Of a DNA stretch of 64,000 nucleotides, positions 42,667-53,035 are shown piece by piece. Under the pieces are notes generated by a model, which worked only from the letters and a program-made list of their open reading frames with translations, had not been told where the DNA came from and did not search any database. Each line of letters begins with the position of its first letter. Position 1 is the first letter of the stretch. The stretch covers positions 6,819 through 70,818 of the forward strand of contig JAFTVG010000014.1 of the NCBI GenBank assembly GCA_017465885.1, given 5' to 3'. The position numbers and the translations under genes are program-made. The DNA comes from Clostridia bacterium. GTDB taxonomy: Bacteria; Bacillota; Clostridia; Oscillospirales; CAG-272.

Positions 42667-44409
42667 TTAAAGGTCTGTTTTTACGTTTTGACAGTGCTCT
42701 TCCCTTGTGGCGGTGGTAGCGTGCATACCAAACCACCTATTGCCCTCAACCAAAACGTTCTTGCAGTAGCGCAGGCACAGGGGGGCTTTGTTTTCGGGCT
42801 GATAGGAGATCGACGGGCTTTTGAAGATGCGGTTTTCTGAAAAGACCAGATCCTTACAAGAAAAGGCGTAAAGCAGCGGGACACCCACAGTATCGAAAAC
42901 GTTTTCCGTGATACGGATATTCTTATGGAAGGGCTTTTCCTCCTCGGGGGATGGCACCACGGGACAGATGCTGATCACCCCGTCGCAAAACTGATAGATG
43001 GAGGAAAGGCAGGCACTTGTAAAGACGTTGCGGGAGATCTCCACGTCGTGGCACTCCCCCGACTCAAACCAATAGTTGGCATCACCCGCCACGAGGATCG
43101 CAGATCCCGAGGATTCAAAATAGTTGTCTGTGATCTTCACCGGTTTGGGTGTGGAAACGAGAACTCCCCTTGCGCGGCAGCTGCCAAAGCGGTTGTTCGT
43201 GCAGACAAAGGCTGCGGTATGGGTCAGATTGTCCAGTGCCAGCCCATCCCCTTCCCTTGCCTTTTCAAGGATCTCTTGAGGCAGAGGTCGATCAAAGGTC
43301 AGCAAGAAGGTCATTCTGTCTTCAAGGATATAGGACGAAACGATCGCATTGCCGATCGACTCCATTGAGGCACGGTTGATAAAGGAGATCTCGTTGCCCT
43401 GCTCTGCCCAGTATAAAAAGCCGCATGCCTGATGGTGGCGGAAGTTACAGCGAAGGGTGCGCTCGTCCACCACCTCGTCGGAGGTAACCGAGCATCCGTG
43501 GACGTTTATGGGATCGTCCATCAAGGCGTGGAAGGTGCATTCGGTGATGGTGACCGTACCCGCATTGCAGGTGATATGCATTCCGTCGTCCCTTCCCCCC
43601 GAAACCAATCTGCCAAGGCTCTTGTCGGTCAGGAAATGCACCCCTTTATAGGTCATATTGCGGCAGAACTGAGAAAGACAGCCAAGCCCTCCGCAGGAAT
43701 AAAAAACAATGTTTTCCACGGTAATATCCGAGCATTTCTCGCTGAAAACGCCTGCGTGGATACGGGGACAATGGCGCATATTCAAGAGGTCGCCCTCGTG
43801 AATATTCTCATCTCCGTAAAGAGTCATCCGATACACCGACCCACCCAGATCTCTGATGCTCTTGATGCAAACGTCGCTCACGTCGCGGCGGGCAAGCAGT
43901 CCGTGGGGCTCGAAAACGATGGTGCTTTTGCCAAAGGCGTACCACTCGTCCGCTCCGACGTCAAACTCAAGATTGTCCCCCGTAAAGCGGTGTGGGAAGC
44001 ATTCCGGATCGATATACACGTCCATTTCCCATCCCTTTTTGGAAACCACCCGTCCTTCTGCGGCAAGAGGCTTTTTCCAGTTGACGGTGAAGCCCTCAAG
44101 ACTGACCTTTTCACAGTGGTCAAGGGTAAAGACCTGCATCTGCCCCGACAGCCAAAGGCGGGCACCGTTTCCCTTCAAGGCGCAGTTTTTCATATCCTTC
44201 AGAAGGATCGCCAGAGTGCGCAGGGGGATAACGTCTGTATTTGAAAGACGGTAGTCAGCCTGCAAGGCGTTGGTTGGCGAAAAATAGTAGTCGCCATCCT
44301 CAAAAAGAAATTCGGTATCCTCCTTATACCCCTCAAAGAGAGCACGAAGCGAGGCGGTGATATCGGTGTTTGGCAGGATGCCGTGATCTTTCAAGCGGAC
44401 GGTCTTCAT
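42667..44409 (-). CDS. right-handed parallel beta-helix protein, putative glycoside hydrolase (GH110-like?)
   Basis: 580 aa, no signal peptide. Repeated short beta-helix turns (…ITVENIVFYSCGG…, …VTITECTFHALMDDPINVHG…, …FVCTNNRFGSCRARGV…). N-terminus resembles beta-helix glycosidases. Family assignment is tentative. Confidence 0.5.
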   Translation of the reverse strand: MKTVRLKDHGILPNTDITASLRALFEGYKEDTEFLFEDGDYYFSPTNALQADYRLSNTDVIPLRTLAILLKDMKNCALKGNGARLWLSGQMQVFTLDHCEKVSLEGFTVNWKKPLAAEGRVVSKKGWEMDVYIDPECFPHRFTGDNLEFDVGADEWYAFGKSTIVFEPHGLLARRDVSDVCIKSIRDLGGSVYRMTLYGDENIHEGDLLNMRHCPRIHAGVFSEKCSDITVENIVFYSCGGLGCLSQFCRNMTYKGVHFLTDKSLGRLVSGGRDDGMHITCNAGTVTITECTFHALMDDPINVHGCSVTSDEVVDERTLRCNFRHHQACGFLYWAEQGNEISFINRASMESIGNAIVSSYILEDRMTFLLTFDRPLPQEILEKAREGDGLALDNLTHTAAFVCTNNRFGSCRARGVLVSTPKPVKITDNYFESSGSAILVAGDANYWFESGECHDVEISRNVFTSACLSSIYQFCDGVISICPVVPSPEEEKPFHKNIRITENVFDTVGVPLLYAFSCKDLVFSENRIFKSPSISYQPENKAPLCLRYCKNVLVEGNRWFGMHATTATREEHCQNVKTDL

Positions 44410-44522
44410 ATATACGCTCCTTTTGAACTGTGGTGACTTCGCCGTTTATTATACCATATCTGCTTTCCTCTGTCAAGAATCGACCGACCAGCGACTTCTT
44501 TTCGGGATATTTGTCAATACAC

Positions 44523-44551
44523 TTGACAAAGCAAGCCTTTCGCGGTATAAT
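44523..44551 (+). promoter_or_regulatory. consensus sigma-A promoter for the phosphodiesterase lipoprotein gene
   Basis: TTGACA (44523-44528), 17-nt spacer, TATAAT (44546-44551). Confidence 0.75.
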
Positions 44552-44587
44552 ACTCAATAGTTTAAAACCAATAAAAAGGAGTATCTT

Positions 44588-47086
44588 ATGAAGCACTTAA
44601 AATTCATCTCCTCGCTTTTACTTTGCGCTCTTTTACTTTCGGTATTTTTGCCTGCCTGCTCAAGCAAAAAGACCGAAAAGACCGAGCCCGCTCCCTCTCC
44701 TTCGGAAGGTACCCCCTCTGAAGAATCCTCAACGAAGCCTTCAGACGGCACCCCTTCCCTGCCTTCGGTAAAGCCCTCTCCCGACAGCGGCACCGAAAGC
44801 CCCTCGACCGAGCCCGAGCCTACCGCTACCCCCTATAAACACGTGGTGGTGATCGGCGTGGACGGCGCAGGCACCTTCTTCAAGAGTGCCGACACCCCCA
44901 ACATTGACAAGATCTTTGAAAACGGTGCCGTCTCCTACAAGTGCTTGACCTCTGCCCCCACCATCAGCGCACAGTGCTGGGGCTCTCTTTTGCACGGTGT
45001 GACACCCGTTTTCCACAAGCTGACCAACAGCATCGTTGAAAACACCGCCTACCCCACCGATTCGCCCTTCCCCAGCTTTTTCAAGGTGATCCGCCAAAAC
45101 GACAAGGATGCGGTGCTTGCCTCCTTTACCCACTGGAATCCCATCAACGTGGGCATCGTTGAAAATGACATCGACGTTCACAAGATGGGCAATATGGACG
45201 ACAGACGCCTGGCGCAGGCTATCTGCTCTTACGTGAAAAAGAACGATCCCAAAGCCCTGTTCGTACAGTTTGACGAAACGGACAGCACCGGTCACTCGGT
45301 GGGATACGGCACCAAAAAGCATCTTGAAAAGATCACCGAGGTAGACGGCTACATCGGACAGATCTACGAGGCTTACGAAAAGAAGGGACTTCTTGACGAG
45401 ACCCTCTTCATCGTGACCGCCGACCACGGCGGAAACGGCACCAGCCACGGCGGTCTTACAGACAGTGAAAAATACGTGATGTTTGCCGCCAGCGGCAAGA
45501 GCGTTGAGAAGGGCGAGATCGAGGATATCGAGATCCGCGACACCGCCGCCATCGTCCTCTATGCTCTGGGCTACGACTGCCCCGAGACCTGGACAGCCCG
45601 CGTTCCCTCCGGACTGTTCAAGGGCGTGACCGCATCCGATCGTCCCGTTTACGTCAACAAGGACTCTGACCGTTACCACGAGCCCGAGCCCACTCCCGAA
45701 AAGGACAGCGAAAAATATATCACCAATTTCGTTACCAAAACACCTCTGAAGGTCTACCTGCCCTTTGACGGCAACAGCACCGACGTGCAGGGCAACAAGA
45801 CCTCCGAATCGGGCAAGCTTTACTTCGTGGAAGGCTACTACGGTCAGGGCGTATCCCTTGACGACGGCTACGTATCCTTAGACGATTTCAAGCCCGGCAC
45901 AGACAGCTTTACCGTATCCATGTGGCTAAAGACCGAGGGATCGGGCGGTGACCCTGCCATCATCTCCAATAAAGACTGGGAAAGCGGTAAAAACAAGGGC
46001 ATCATCCTTTCTTTGCGCAACGGCGAAGACATCCGCTTCAACGTGGGTAACGGCTCCTCCCGTATGGATGCTGATGCCATCCTGCCTTCAGACTACAACG
46101 AGGGCTGGATGCATATCCTTCTCATCGTGGACAGAGAGCAGAATAAGGTACGCTTCTGCTACGACTTCGGACTGTTCAGCACCACCGCAATTCCCTCCTC
46201 CCTGGCAAAAGCATCCTTTGACGGTATCAGCGGACTGAACATCGGTCAGGACGGCACGGGTGTATACGAGCACCGACTGCCCGCAACAGTAGACGAACTG
46301 ATGATCTTTGACGGCGCACTTGACACTAACGAGGCTGCCGCCCTTGCCGCCTATTACGGCAAGACCCTGCAGAGCAGCCCCAGCTTCAGAGACAGAGAGT
46401 CCTCTCCCACCCCCGAAAAGGACAGCAAGGACTACGTGACCAACTTTATCAAGGACAAGGAGCTGTCGGCATACATCACCTTTGATGAGAAGATCGCCGA
46501 TCAGACCGGCAAATCCACCCTTACCGAGCACGGAACCATCAGCTATAAGGACGGCGTCTTCGGCAAGGCGGCAGTTTTAGATAAGGGCTTCGTTTCCATC
46601 GAAAACTACGCACCCGAAAAGAATTCCTTCAGTGCGGCATTCTGGATCAATACCAAGGGCGTAAAGGGAGACCCCGGTATCCTCTCCAATAAAAACTGGC
46701 AAAGCGGCGGCAATGCGGGATGGATCCTTTCCTTCCGTGATACCCCCGATGTGAAGTTCAATTTCGGCAACGGCTCTTCCCGTATGGATCAGACCTACGC
46801 CCTGCCCGGTGACTTTGCCGACGGCTGGGTCTATATGGTCCTGGTTGTAGACAGAGAGGCAAACAAGGTAAAGCTCTCTATGGACTTTGGTGAGTTTATC
46901 GAGACCGATATTCCCGACAGCCTGAAGAACGCCTCTGCAAACGGCTATGACGTGCTCAACGTCGGTCAGGACGGCACGGGCAAGCTTCAGTATCCTTTGA
47001 CAGGCGCGCTTGACGAGCTGATGCTCTTTGACGGCGTTTTGGACGAAAAGGACGTTGCAGCACTTGCCTCCTACTACGGCATCTGA
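44588..47086 (+). CDS. lipoprotein: alkaline-phosphatase-superfamily (ENPP-type) phosphodiesterase + two LamG/ConA-like modules
   Basis: Lipobox LSVFLPAC. VVVIGVDGAGTFF, TSAPTISAQCW, FDETDSTGHSVGYG and TADHGGNG correspond to type I phosphodiesterase motifs. Two ~240-aa repeats each begin PTPEKDS(E/K).Y(I/V)TNF and contain LamG-like WMHILLIVDRE/WVYMVLVVDRE and LDELM(I/L)FDG. Confidence 0.75.
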   Translation: MKHLKFISSLLLCALLLSVFLPACSSKKTEKTEPAPSPSEGTPSEESSTKPSDGTPSLPSVKPSPDSGTESPSTEPEPTATPYKHVVVIGVDGAGTFFKSADTPNIDKIFENGAVSYKCLTSAPTISAQCWGSLLHGVTPVFHKLTNSIVENTAYPTDSPFPSFFKVIRQNDKDAVLASFTHWNPINVGIVENDIDVHKMGNMDDRRLAQAICSYVKKNDPKALFVQFDETDSTGHSVGYGTKKHLEKITEVDGYIGQIYEAYEKKGLLDETLFIVTADHGGNGTSHGGLTDSEKYVMFAASGKSVEKGEIEDIEIRDTAAIVLYALGYDCPETWTARVPSGLFKGVTASDRPVYVNKDSDRYHEPEPTPEKDSEKYITNFVTKTPLKVYLPFDGNSTDVQGNKTSESGKLYFVEGYYGQGVSLDDGYVSLDDFKPGTDSFTVSMWLKTEGSGGDPAIISNKDWESGKNKGIILSLRNGEDIRFNVGNGSSRMDADAILPSDYNEGWMHILLIVDREQNKVRFCYDFGLFSTTAIPSSLAKASFDGISGLNIGQDGTGVYEHRLPATVDELMIFDGALDTNEAAALAAYYGKTLQSSPSFRDRESSPTPEKDSKDYVTNFIKDKELSAYITFDEKIADQTGKSTLTEHGTISYKDGVFGKAAVLDKGFVSIENYAPEKNSFSAAFWINTKGVKGDPGILSNKNWQSGGNAGWILSFRDTPDVKFNFGNGSSRMDQTYALPGDFADGWVYMVLVVDREANKVKLSMDFGEFIETDIPDSLKNASANGYDVLNVGQDGTGKLQYPLTGALDELMLFDGVLDEKDVAALASYYGI

Positions 47087-47100
47087 ACACAATATCTGCA

Positions 47101-47136
47101 AAGCAGACCGATGACCTTCATCGGTCTGCTTTTTTG
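47101..47136 (+). terminator. terminator
   Basis: AAGCAGACCGATGA-CCT-TCATCGGTCTGCTT followed by TTTTT. Confidence 0.8.
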
Positions 47137-47235
47137 ATGCCGTCAAAAGTATTTTTCAAAAATCTTAATAAACTCTCTTTACAAATGCAAAAAAATGTGA
47201 TATACTGTATTCACAAGATCTCTTTGGAGGTTGCT

Positions 47236-48795
47236 ATGTACACCAAAACACCCGATCACATCACCCTGCAGCTGGAGGGATCCACCGTTGATTTGACCGA
47301 ATCGCTGACCTTTGAAGGAGGACAGCTCACTTTAAAAAGTGAAGACGGCTTGGATATTTTCCTAACAAGCCCAGAGGAAGGCGTTTCTTACCTCACCCTC
47401 AAATGGAAGGTTACGATCGATCCCTCCTTAAAATGCCTGGGGGATGCCTGGGAGCGAGGCTACGGCGATCTTGAATGGCGGACTGTGGAGTATAAGCGGC
47501 TGATGCCATGGTATATGGCGCTGTCAAACGGAAGCGACTCTTGCCTTGACGTGCGGGGGCGAAGAACGCAGTGCTTTGGCGTGGGCGTGCGCCCCAATGC
47601 CTTTGCCCTCTGGCAATGCCACGAGGACGGGATCAGTCTGACGCTGGATCTGAGAAACGGCTGTGCTCCCGTGAAGCTTGGAGAGCGGACGCTTCACTGT
47701 GCCACCGTCTATTTTGAGGAATATAACGATTGCTCTGCCTTTGACGCTCTTTCACTCTTTTGCAAAAAGCTGTGCAAGGATCCGCTGTTGCCCTCCTTTG
47801 CCGTATACGGCTCAAACAACTGGTATTACGCCTATGGTAACAGCTCTCATAACGAGATTTTGGAGGATGCCCGATTCGTTTGCTCGATGTGCAAGAAGGC
47901 TGAAAACAAGCCCTATATGGTCATTGACGACGGCTGGCAGTTAAACGGATGCGATGCCCCGTGGGATAAAGGAAACGAGCGCTTTCCCGATATGAAGGGC
48001 CTTGCAGACCAGATCAAGGGGCTGGGCGTACGCCCCGGCATCTGGGTCAGATACCTCATCAACGGCACACCCGAAAAAAGGGGCGTTGATGGGTTTGAGA
48101 ACGACTGCTATCTGATGCGGGACGGACGGTATCTTGACCCCTCCCATCCTGTAGTGCTTGACTACGTGAAAAAGACGACCAAACGCCTTTACGAGTGGGG
48201 ATACACCCTCATCAAGCACGATTATTCCACCTTTGATATTTTCGGAAAATGGGGCTTTCAGATGTCCCGCTTCCCTGCCGAGGGTGATTGGCACTTTTAC
48301 GATCAAAGCAAGACGAGTGCCGAGATCGTGAAAAACTTCTATCTTACTGTCAAAAACGCCGCACCTGATGCGGTGATCATCGGGTGCAACACCATCGGAC
48401 ACCTTTGCGCAGGTATTCATCAGCTTCAGCGCACGGGCGACGACACCAGCGGCTACGAATGGGCACGCACCTTGAAGATGGGGGTCAACACCCTCGCCTT
48501 CCGTATGGTGCAAAACGGCGCATTCTTCGTTTCAGATGCCGACTGTGCAGGGATCACTCCCCATATCTGCTGGGAAAACAACCGAAAGTGGCTAAAGCTC
48601 CTTGCCTATAGCGGCAGCTGTTTATTCGTTTCCTGCAAGAGCGACACTCTGCAGGGCGATGCCCTTTCAGAGCTTGAGGAATGCTATCTGCAAGGCTCGG
48701 TGCAGCAAGACGTTCTTCGTCCTCTTGATTGGATGGAAAGCCGTACACCGGGCAGATACCTGCTAAACGGCAAAGAGATCACCTTCGAATGGTGA
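47236..48795 (+). CDS. alpha-galactosidase-like glycoside hydrolase (clan GH-D, melibiase fold)
   Basis: YMVIDDGWQ, GVRPGIWV, LIKHDYS and RTGDDTS resemble GH27/GH36-type motifs. The ATG at 47236 sits after GGAGG. The track start at 47134 is upstream of the promoter TTTACA-17-TATACT. Confidence 0.55.
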   Translation: MYTKTPDHITLQLEGSTVDLTESLTFEGGQLTLKSEDGLDIFLTSPEEGVSYLTLKWKVTIDPSLKCLGDAWERGYGDLEWRTVEYKRLMPWYMALSNGSDSCLDVRGRRTQCFGVGVRPNAFALWQCHEDGISLTLDLRNGCAPVKLGERTLHCATVYFEEYNDCSAFDALSLFCKKLCKDPLLPSFAVYGSNNWYYAYGNSSHNEILEDARFVCSMCKKAENKPYMVIDDGWQLNGCDAPWDKGNERFPDMKGLADQIKGLGVRPGIWVRYLINGTPEKRGVDGFENDCYLMRDGRYLDPSHPVVLDYVKKTTKRLYEWGYTLIKHDYSTFDIFGKWGFQMSRFPAEGDWHFYDQSKTSAEIVKNFYLTVKNAAPDAVIIGCNTIGHLCAGIHQLQRTGDDTSGYEWARTLKMGVNTLAFRMVQNGAFFVSDADCAGITPHICWENNRKWLKLLAYSGSCLFVSCKSDTLQGDALSELEECYLQGSVQQDVLRPLDWMESRTPGRYLLNGKEITFEW

Positions 48796-48860
48796 GTATT
48801 TTAAAAACGCTTTAGAAATTTTAAAAATACAAAAATATGATACCGAAAGGAAACAACACT

Positions 48861-50204
48861 ATGAAAAAATGTATAGTCCTCTCTCTTTTGGCGGTGCTGA
48901 TCGCACTGCTTGCCCTTTTAAGCGGCTGTAATAACACCGCCAAGACCGATCCCCCCGCTCCGTCCGCCCCCACCTCAGCTCCCGACAGTGAGCAGTCCGA
49001 AGAAAAATTCGAGTTCCCCGAAAACGGCGTGCTTGCTCTTATGGGCGACGGCCACGTGGAAGGTGTGATCGACGGCAAAAACCCTTCTCTTGACGGCACC
49101 AAGCTGGTGGTAGTCTTTACCTTTGCCAAGGAAAAGGCAGGCCTTGATCTGGAAGAAGCAACCCCCATCCACTACACCTTCCGCAAGAGCGACGGCAGCG
49201 TTGTGGAAGGCCAGGCACCCCTTGACAGCTCGGTTGACGCCATCAAAAACGACTACGGATACGTGGGCGTGTGCTTTGATATGGGCTTTTCCATCGATCT
49301 TTACGACAAGGTGTCCTTCGATCTGTCCTTCAAGGACAAGAGCGGCAAGGAATTTTCCGTAAAGGAAAAGAGCATCTTCAAGGGTATTTGCTACTACGGG
49401 CTGGATGCCGCAAGCTTTGATGCAAAGCTTGGCGACAAGGTGAGCACAATGGTGGCAAAGAATATGATCCGTCAGACCGCAACGGTCAACGGCACCGACT
49501 TTTCGCTGACCATCGGTTTAAACAAATGGGCACAGCGAACCTCTCCCGAGCAGATCGTGACCCTCTCACAGCTCTTCTGGGAGTGCTACCCCAGAATGCA
49601 CGCCCGCTTCGGTGAGGCCGGAGAAAGCCCTGTGGACGTACAGCTCAACGTGGAAAACGAGGGCTATGAGATCGCATCCGCCTCGGGCAACAGCGTTCAT
49701 TTGTACGATGGCTGGCTTGCCGATCACCCCTCTGACTTTGACTGCATCACCCACGAGCTTGCCCACGTGATCCAGAACGGCTGGGACGGAAGCTACTGCG
49801 AATACAGCGGATACATCGAGCGCTTTGCCGATGCCTGCAGATACATCTACGCCTTTGACGGCGGCAGGATCAACGACGAGGTCTGGGAGCTTCAGACGGT
49901 ATCGAGCGAAAACACCAGAGAGACCTCTGTGCGCTTCCTCGTCTGGATGGACTACACCTACTCTACCGAAGAGGTAGACCTGCTTTTGAACTTCTTCACC
50001 GTTTGCCGCTCCGAAAAATACCACAAGGACAACTGGAAAAAGGCTTGGCAGGAGATCTTAAAGGGCACCGATCTGGAAGGCAAGGATATTGAGGTCATCT
50101 GGAAGGAATACGAAAGCAGTGAATTTGCCAAGCTCTCCTCCAAGGGCAGAAACGGCATTTCCCAGCTTTCAAAGAAATATCCCATCAGAGAAAAATACGA
50201 ATAG
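48861..50204 (+). CDS. lipoprotein with C-terminal basic-secretory-protein (BSP)-like HExxH metallopeptidase domain
   Basis: Lipobox LLSGC. ITHELAHVIQNGWDG zinc motif in a domain resembling PF04450. Confidence 0.5.
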   Translation: MKKCIVLSLLAVLIALLALLSGCNNTAKTDPPAPSAPTSAPDSEQSEEKFEFPENGVLALMGDGHVEGVIDGKNPSLDGTKLVVVFTFAKEKAGLDLEEATPIHYTFRKSDGSVVEGQAPLDSSVDAIKNDYGYVGVCFDMGFSIDLYDKVSFDLSFKDKSGKEFSVKEKSIFKGICYYGLDAASFDAKLGDKVSTMVAKNMIRQTATVNGTDFSLTIGLNKWAQRTSPEQIVTLSQLFWECYPRMHARFGEAGESPVDVQLNVENEGYEIASASGNSVHLYDGWLADHPSDFDCITHELAHVIQNGWDGSYCEYSGYIERFADACRYIYAFDGGRINDEVWELQTVSSENTRETSVRFLVWMDYTYSTEEVDLLLNFFTVCRSEKYHKDNWKKAWQEILKGTDLEGKDIEVIWKEYESSEFAKLSSKGRNGISQLSKKYPIREKYE

Positions 50205-50215
50205 CCTGAAAACAC

Positions 50216-50252
50216 AAAGGACTGCCGAGTGCGATGCACTCGGCAGTCCTTT
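50216..50252. terminator. bidirectional terminator
   Basis: AAAGGACTGCCGAGTGC-GAT-GCACTCGGCAGTCCTTT, 17-bp perfect stem. Confidence 0.85.
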
Positions 50253-50254
50253 CG

Positions 50255-51040
50255 TTAAGAAAGATCCTTTTTAAGATATTTTCGAAATCCCACGATGATG
50301 CCCGCCGCGGCAAGAGCCATTCCCACCGACAGAGAGCGCCATTCCAAGGAGTAGTTGTTGATCACATGCCCGCCGTCGGCAAAGCCGTAGGGCGTGAGAT
50401 ACTTCAAGAATTCCAGCTCCTCTAAAAGATTGGAAGCGATGTTCATAAAGTAAAAGCCCAGGGCAAGTCCAAGACCGATCCCAAGTCCTCCCCGCTTTAA
50501 GAATGCCGAAATACCGAAGGTGATGGCGGCGATCTCCACCTGCAAAAGGAAGTATGCAAGAAACATCAGAAGCAGCTTACCGTAATGCACCTCCACACCC
50601 ACGATCAGCGCAGAAAGAAGGCAGGCTGCAACTACTGCCAGATTTAAGATCAGCAGAGAGCATAGCATCGAAAGAAGCTTTTCACCAAGCGCTCTCGATC
50701 TCGAAACGGGATGGCTGAAGAGGAACTCCGCCGTACCGTCCTTTTCCTCCTTTGATAGCATGGAGATGCCCAGGATGGCGGCAAAGAGCGCTCCGCCAAT
50801 ACCCAGCGTGTTGCCGCATTCGATGCCGAAATAGCCCATAAATTCGCCGAAGTTCAGCTGATCCATACCGAAAGCATCGGAAAATGCCCCCATATCGGCA
50901 AACATATCGCTGATCTGATCCATTTCCCCCGCCATTTCGGGGTAAATGAAGACGCAAACGGCAAGCATAAAGGAGATCGCTGCCGTCCAAATGGCAAGAG
51001 CAAGCGCTCCTCTTTTCATCTCATGGCGGAATATCGTCAT
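50255..51040 (-). CDS. ABC-2 type transporter permease
   Basis: Six TM helices. MTIFRHEMKRGALALAIW is a typical ABC-2 N-terminus. The ATG at 51040 lies 1 nt after the upstream stop. Confidence 0.8.
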   Translation of the reverse strand: MTIFRHEMKRGALALAIWTAAISFMLAVCVFIYPEMAGEMDQISDMFADMGAFSDAFGMDQLNFGEFMGYFGIECGNTLGIGGALFAAILGISMLSKEEKDGTAEFLFSHPVSRSRALGEKLLSMLCSLLILNLAVVAACLLSALIVGVEVHYGKLLLMFLAYFLLQVEIAAITFGISAFLKRGGLGIGLGLALGFYFMNIASNLLEELEFLKYLTPYGFADGGHVINNYSLEWRSLSVGMALAAAGIIVGFRKYLKKDLS

Positions 51041-51041
51041 T

Positions 51042-51917
51042 TTACATTTCCTCCTTTGCATAGTAGTGTAAAAAGACCTCGTCAAGCTCGGGATCCGTCA
51101 GACTCACGTCGGCAGGAGCAAGATCAAGAAGCGCCTCTAAAAGCGCGCCGATCTGACCGCTATAAAGGAAGGAAAGCGTATCGTTTTCCCTCTTGACGTC
51201 CTTGATCCCTTCAAGCGTGGGTGTCTCTCTTGCCCCGCGCAGCTGTACCTTCTTTACCCCCGTGTGCCCAAGACGCTCCACGCTGTCGCAGGCAAGGATC
51301 TGTCCGTTTCTGATGATGGCGGCGTTTTTGCAATACCGCCCGATCTCGGAAAGGACGTGGGAGGAAAGGAAGACGGTGGCGCCCTGCTCGTTTCGCTCCT
51401 TCAGAATGGCGTAGAATTCCTTTTGCATCAGCGGGTCAAGACCACTGGTGGGCTCGTCAAGGATATAGAGGTCGGGCTTATGCTGAAGAGCGCAAACGAT
51501 ACCCACCTTTTTGCGGTTTCCTAAGGACAGTCTGTCGATCTGCCGCTCAGGATCAAGCTCCAGGCGTTTGCAGAGAGCCTCCGCCTCGCTGTGGCAATCC
51601 GCCTTTCTCAGCCTTGCGGAAAGAGCCAAGGCGTCCTTGACCTTCATTCCGCTGTAAAGAGCGGTTTCCGAGGGCAGATAGCCGATCCTTGAAAGGATCT
51701 CTTCTCTTTGCTTGCTTACGTCCATGGATAGGATCTCCGCCTGCCCCGAGGTTTTGGAGATCAGTCCGAGAAGGGTGCGAATCAGCGTGCTTTTGCCTGC
51801 ACCGTTTGGTCCGATAAAGCCGAAAAAGTCGCCCTGCTCTACCTGCAGACTCACCTTTTCAATGCCACGAGTCTTTCCGTAATATTTGGTCAAGCCTTCC
51901 GTTTTGATCGCGTACAT
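51042..51917 (-). CDS. ABC transporter ATP-binding protein
   Basis: Walker A GPNGAGKST, signature LSLGNRKK and Walker B LYILDEPTSGLD. TAATG junction with the upstream gene. Confidence 0.92.
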   Translation of the reverse strand: MYAIKTEGLTKYYGKTRGIEKVSLQVEQGDFFGFIGPNGAGKSTLIRTLLGLISKTSGQAEILSMDVSKQREEILSRIGYLPSETALYSGMKVKDALALSARLRKADCHSEAEALCKRLELDPERQIDRLSLGNRKKVGIVCALQHKPDLYILDEPTSGLDPLMQKEFYAILKERNEQGATVFLSSHVLSEIGRYCKNAAIIRNGQILACDSVERLGHTGVKKVQLRGARETPTLEGIKDVKRENDTLSFLYSGQIGALLEALLDLAPADVSLTDPELDEVFLHYYAKEEM

Positions 51918-53035
51918 TACTCTTCCTCCTTTTTTTGCTTTTCGATCGCGTCCTTAAGCTGATCGTAAAGCGTCTTGGTTTCCTCGTCGTTTTTCGCACC
52001 GAGTACGAGCGCCTCTCCCTTGACCGTCAGCACGATGCAAGCCCTTCCTTCGGTATATGAATACCGGGTATAACTGCCAAGCTCGTCGTTCTTAAACCAC
52101 CCCATCAGTAGCCGAGGCGTTCCAAACCCATTGATCCTGCTGCCGGGATCGTCGTTTTCTCTGAATTCTATGCTTTCAACGTCCTCATAGCAGACGTTCA
52201 GATCCTCATAGTAGTCCGCAAGGACGGTAAAGGAGTCCTCGCCCATCTTAACGGTAATATCGCCCGTAAAGCAAAACACCAGACAACTCACCAGTAAAAC
52301 AGGGATCATACAAAGCGCGACCGTACCTGCGATCTTATCGGACTTTCTCACCTGCAGCGTGTAGTCTTCGAGCGCGGCATCACCCGAGGCAAGCTGCTTT
52401 TTGTAGAAAAGATAGGAATAAAGGGTGGGCAAGAGAGCAGCACCCACAAGCAGGATCGCCCCCGAAACCATAAAGCATTCCTCGGGCAAAAAGGCGCAAA
52501 GAAGAACAAGAATGCCGCAAACCACCCAGACCTTGCCGCCGAAGCGGTGGGTGGCGTTCCAGTTTTCATCGTTTGCAAGCGCCCATTTCACCTTGATGCC
52601 CATGGTGCGGTTGCGTCTGCATTTGGGCAGATAATTGCCTATAGCCACAAACATCACGCCAAGAAGCAGGCAGGTAAGAAAGGAGATGCGGATCTTCAGT
52701 CCAAACGCCGTGCCGTATATCACGGCAGAAGCATAAAGGGAGATAAAGGGGATGATCCAAAAGACCAGACGCATCATTTTTTCATTTTGCTCTCCACCGC
52801 TTTTACCATTCACTCTTACCGTGATAAAAATACAAAGCAGATGTACTGCAAGAAGCACAAGGGGCATAAAAAGCACAGCGGCAAGCGGACCTGCAAAGGT
52901 GTCTGCATTGCCGTCAAATCCCCAATGGATGGCAATGAGCCGTGGCAGCTTTTCCCACATTGCCACACCGAAAACCATCGGCAACAGAATGGTCAGCGAC
53001 GACAGCAGGATCCTCCATTTATTCTTTTTGATCAT
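51917..53035 (-). CDS. SdpI/DUF1648-family membrane protein with C-terminal bacterial PH-like domain
   Basis: IAIHWGFDGNADTFAGP (DUF1648), multiple TM helices with an SdpI-like core, and a soluble tail resembling bPH domains. The start at 53035 is favoured by AAAGGAGAGG spacing. Confidence 0.7.
   Translation of the reverse strand: MIKKNKWRILLSSLTILLPMVFGVAMWEKLPRLIAIHWGFDGNADTFAGPLAAVLFMPLVLLAVHLLCIFITVRVNGKSGGEQNEKMMRLVFWIIPFISLYASAVIYGTAFGLKIRISFLTCLLLGVMFVAIGNYLPKCRRNRTMGIKVKWALANDENWNATHRFGGKVWVVCGILVLLCAFLPEECFMVSGAILLVGAALLPTLYSYLFYKKQLASGDAALEDYTLQVRKSDKIAGTVALCMIPVLLVSCLVFCFTGDITVKMGEDSFTVLADYYEDLNVCYEDVESIEFRENDDPGSRINGFGTPRLLMGWFKNDELGSYTRYSYTEGRACIVLTVKGEALVLGAKNDEETKTLYDQLKDAIEKQKKEEE

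Noticed and set aside
44741-46531. 312-aa and 147-aa minus-strand ORFs inside the phosphodiesterase gene
   Set aside because: These are antisense shadow ORFs with low-complexity Gly/Val/Ala translations.
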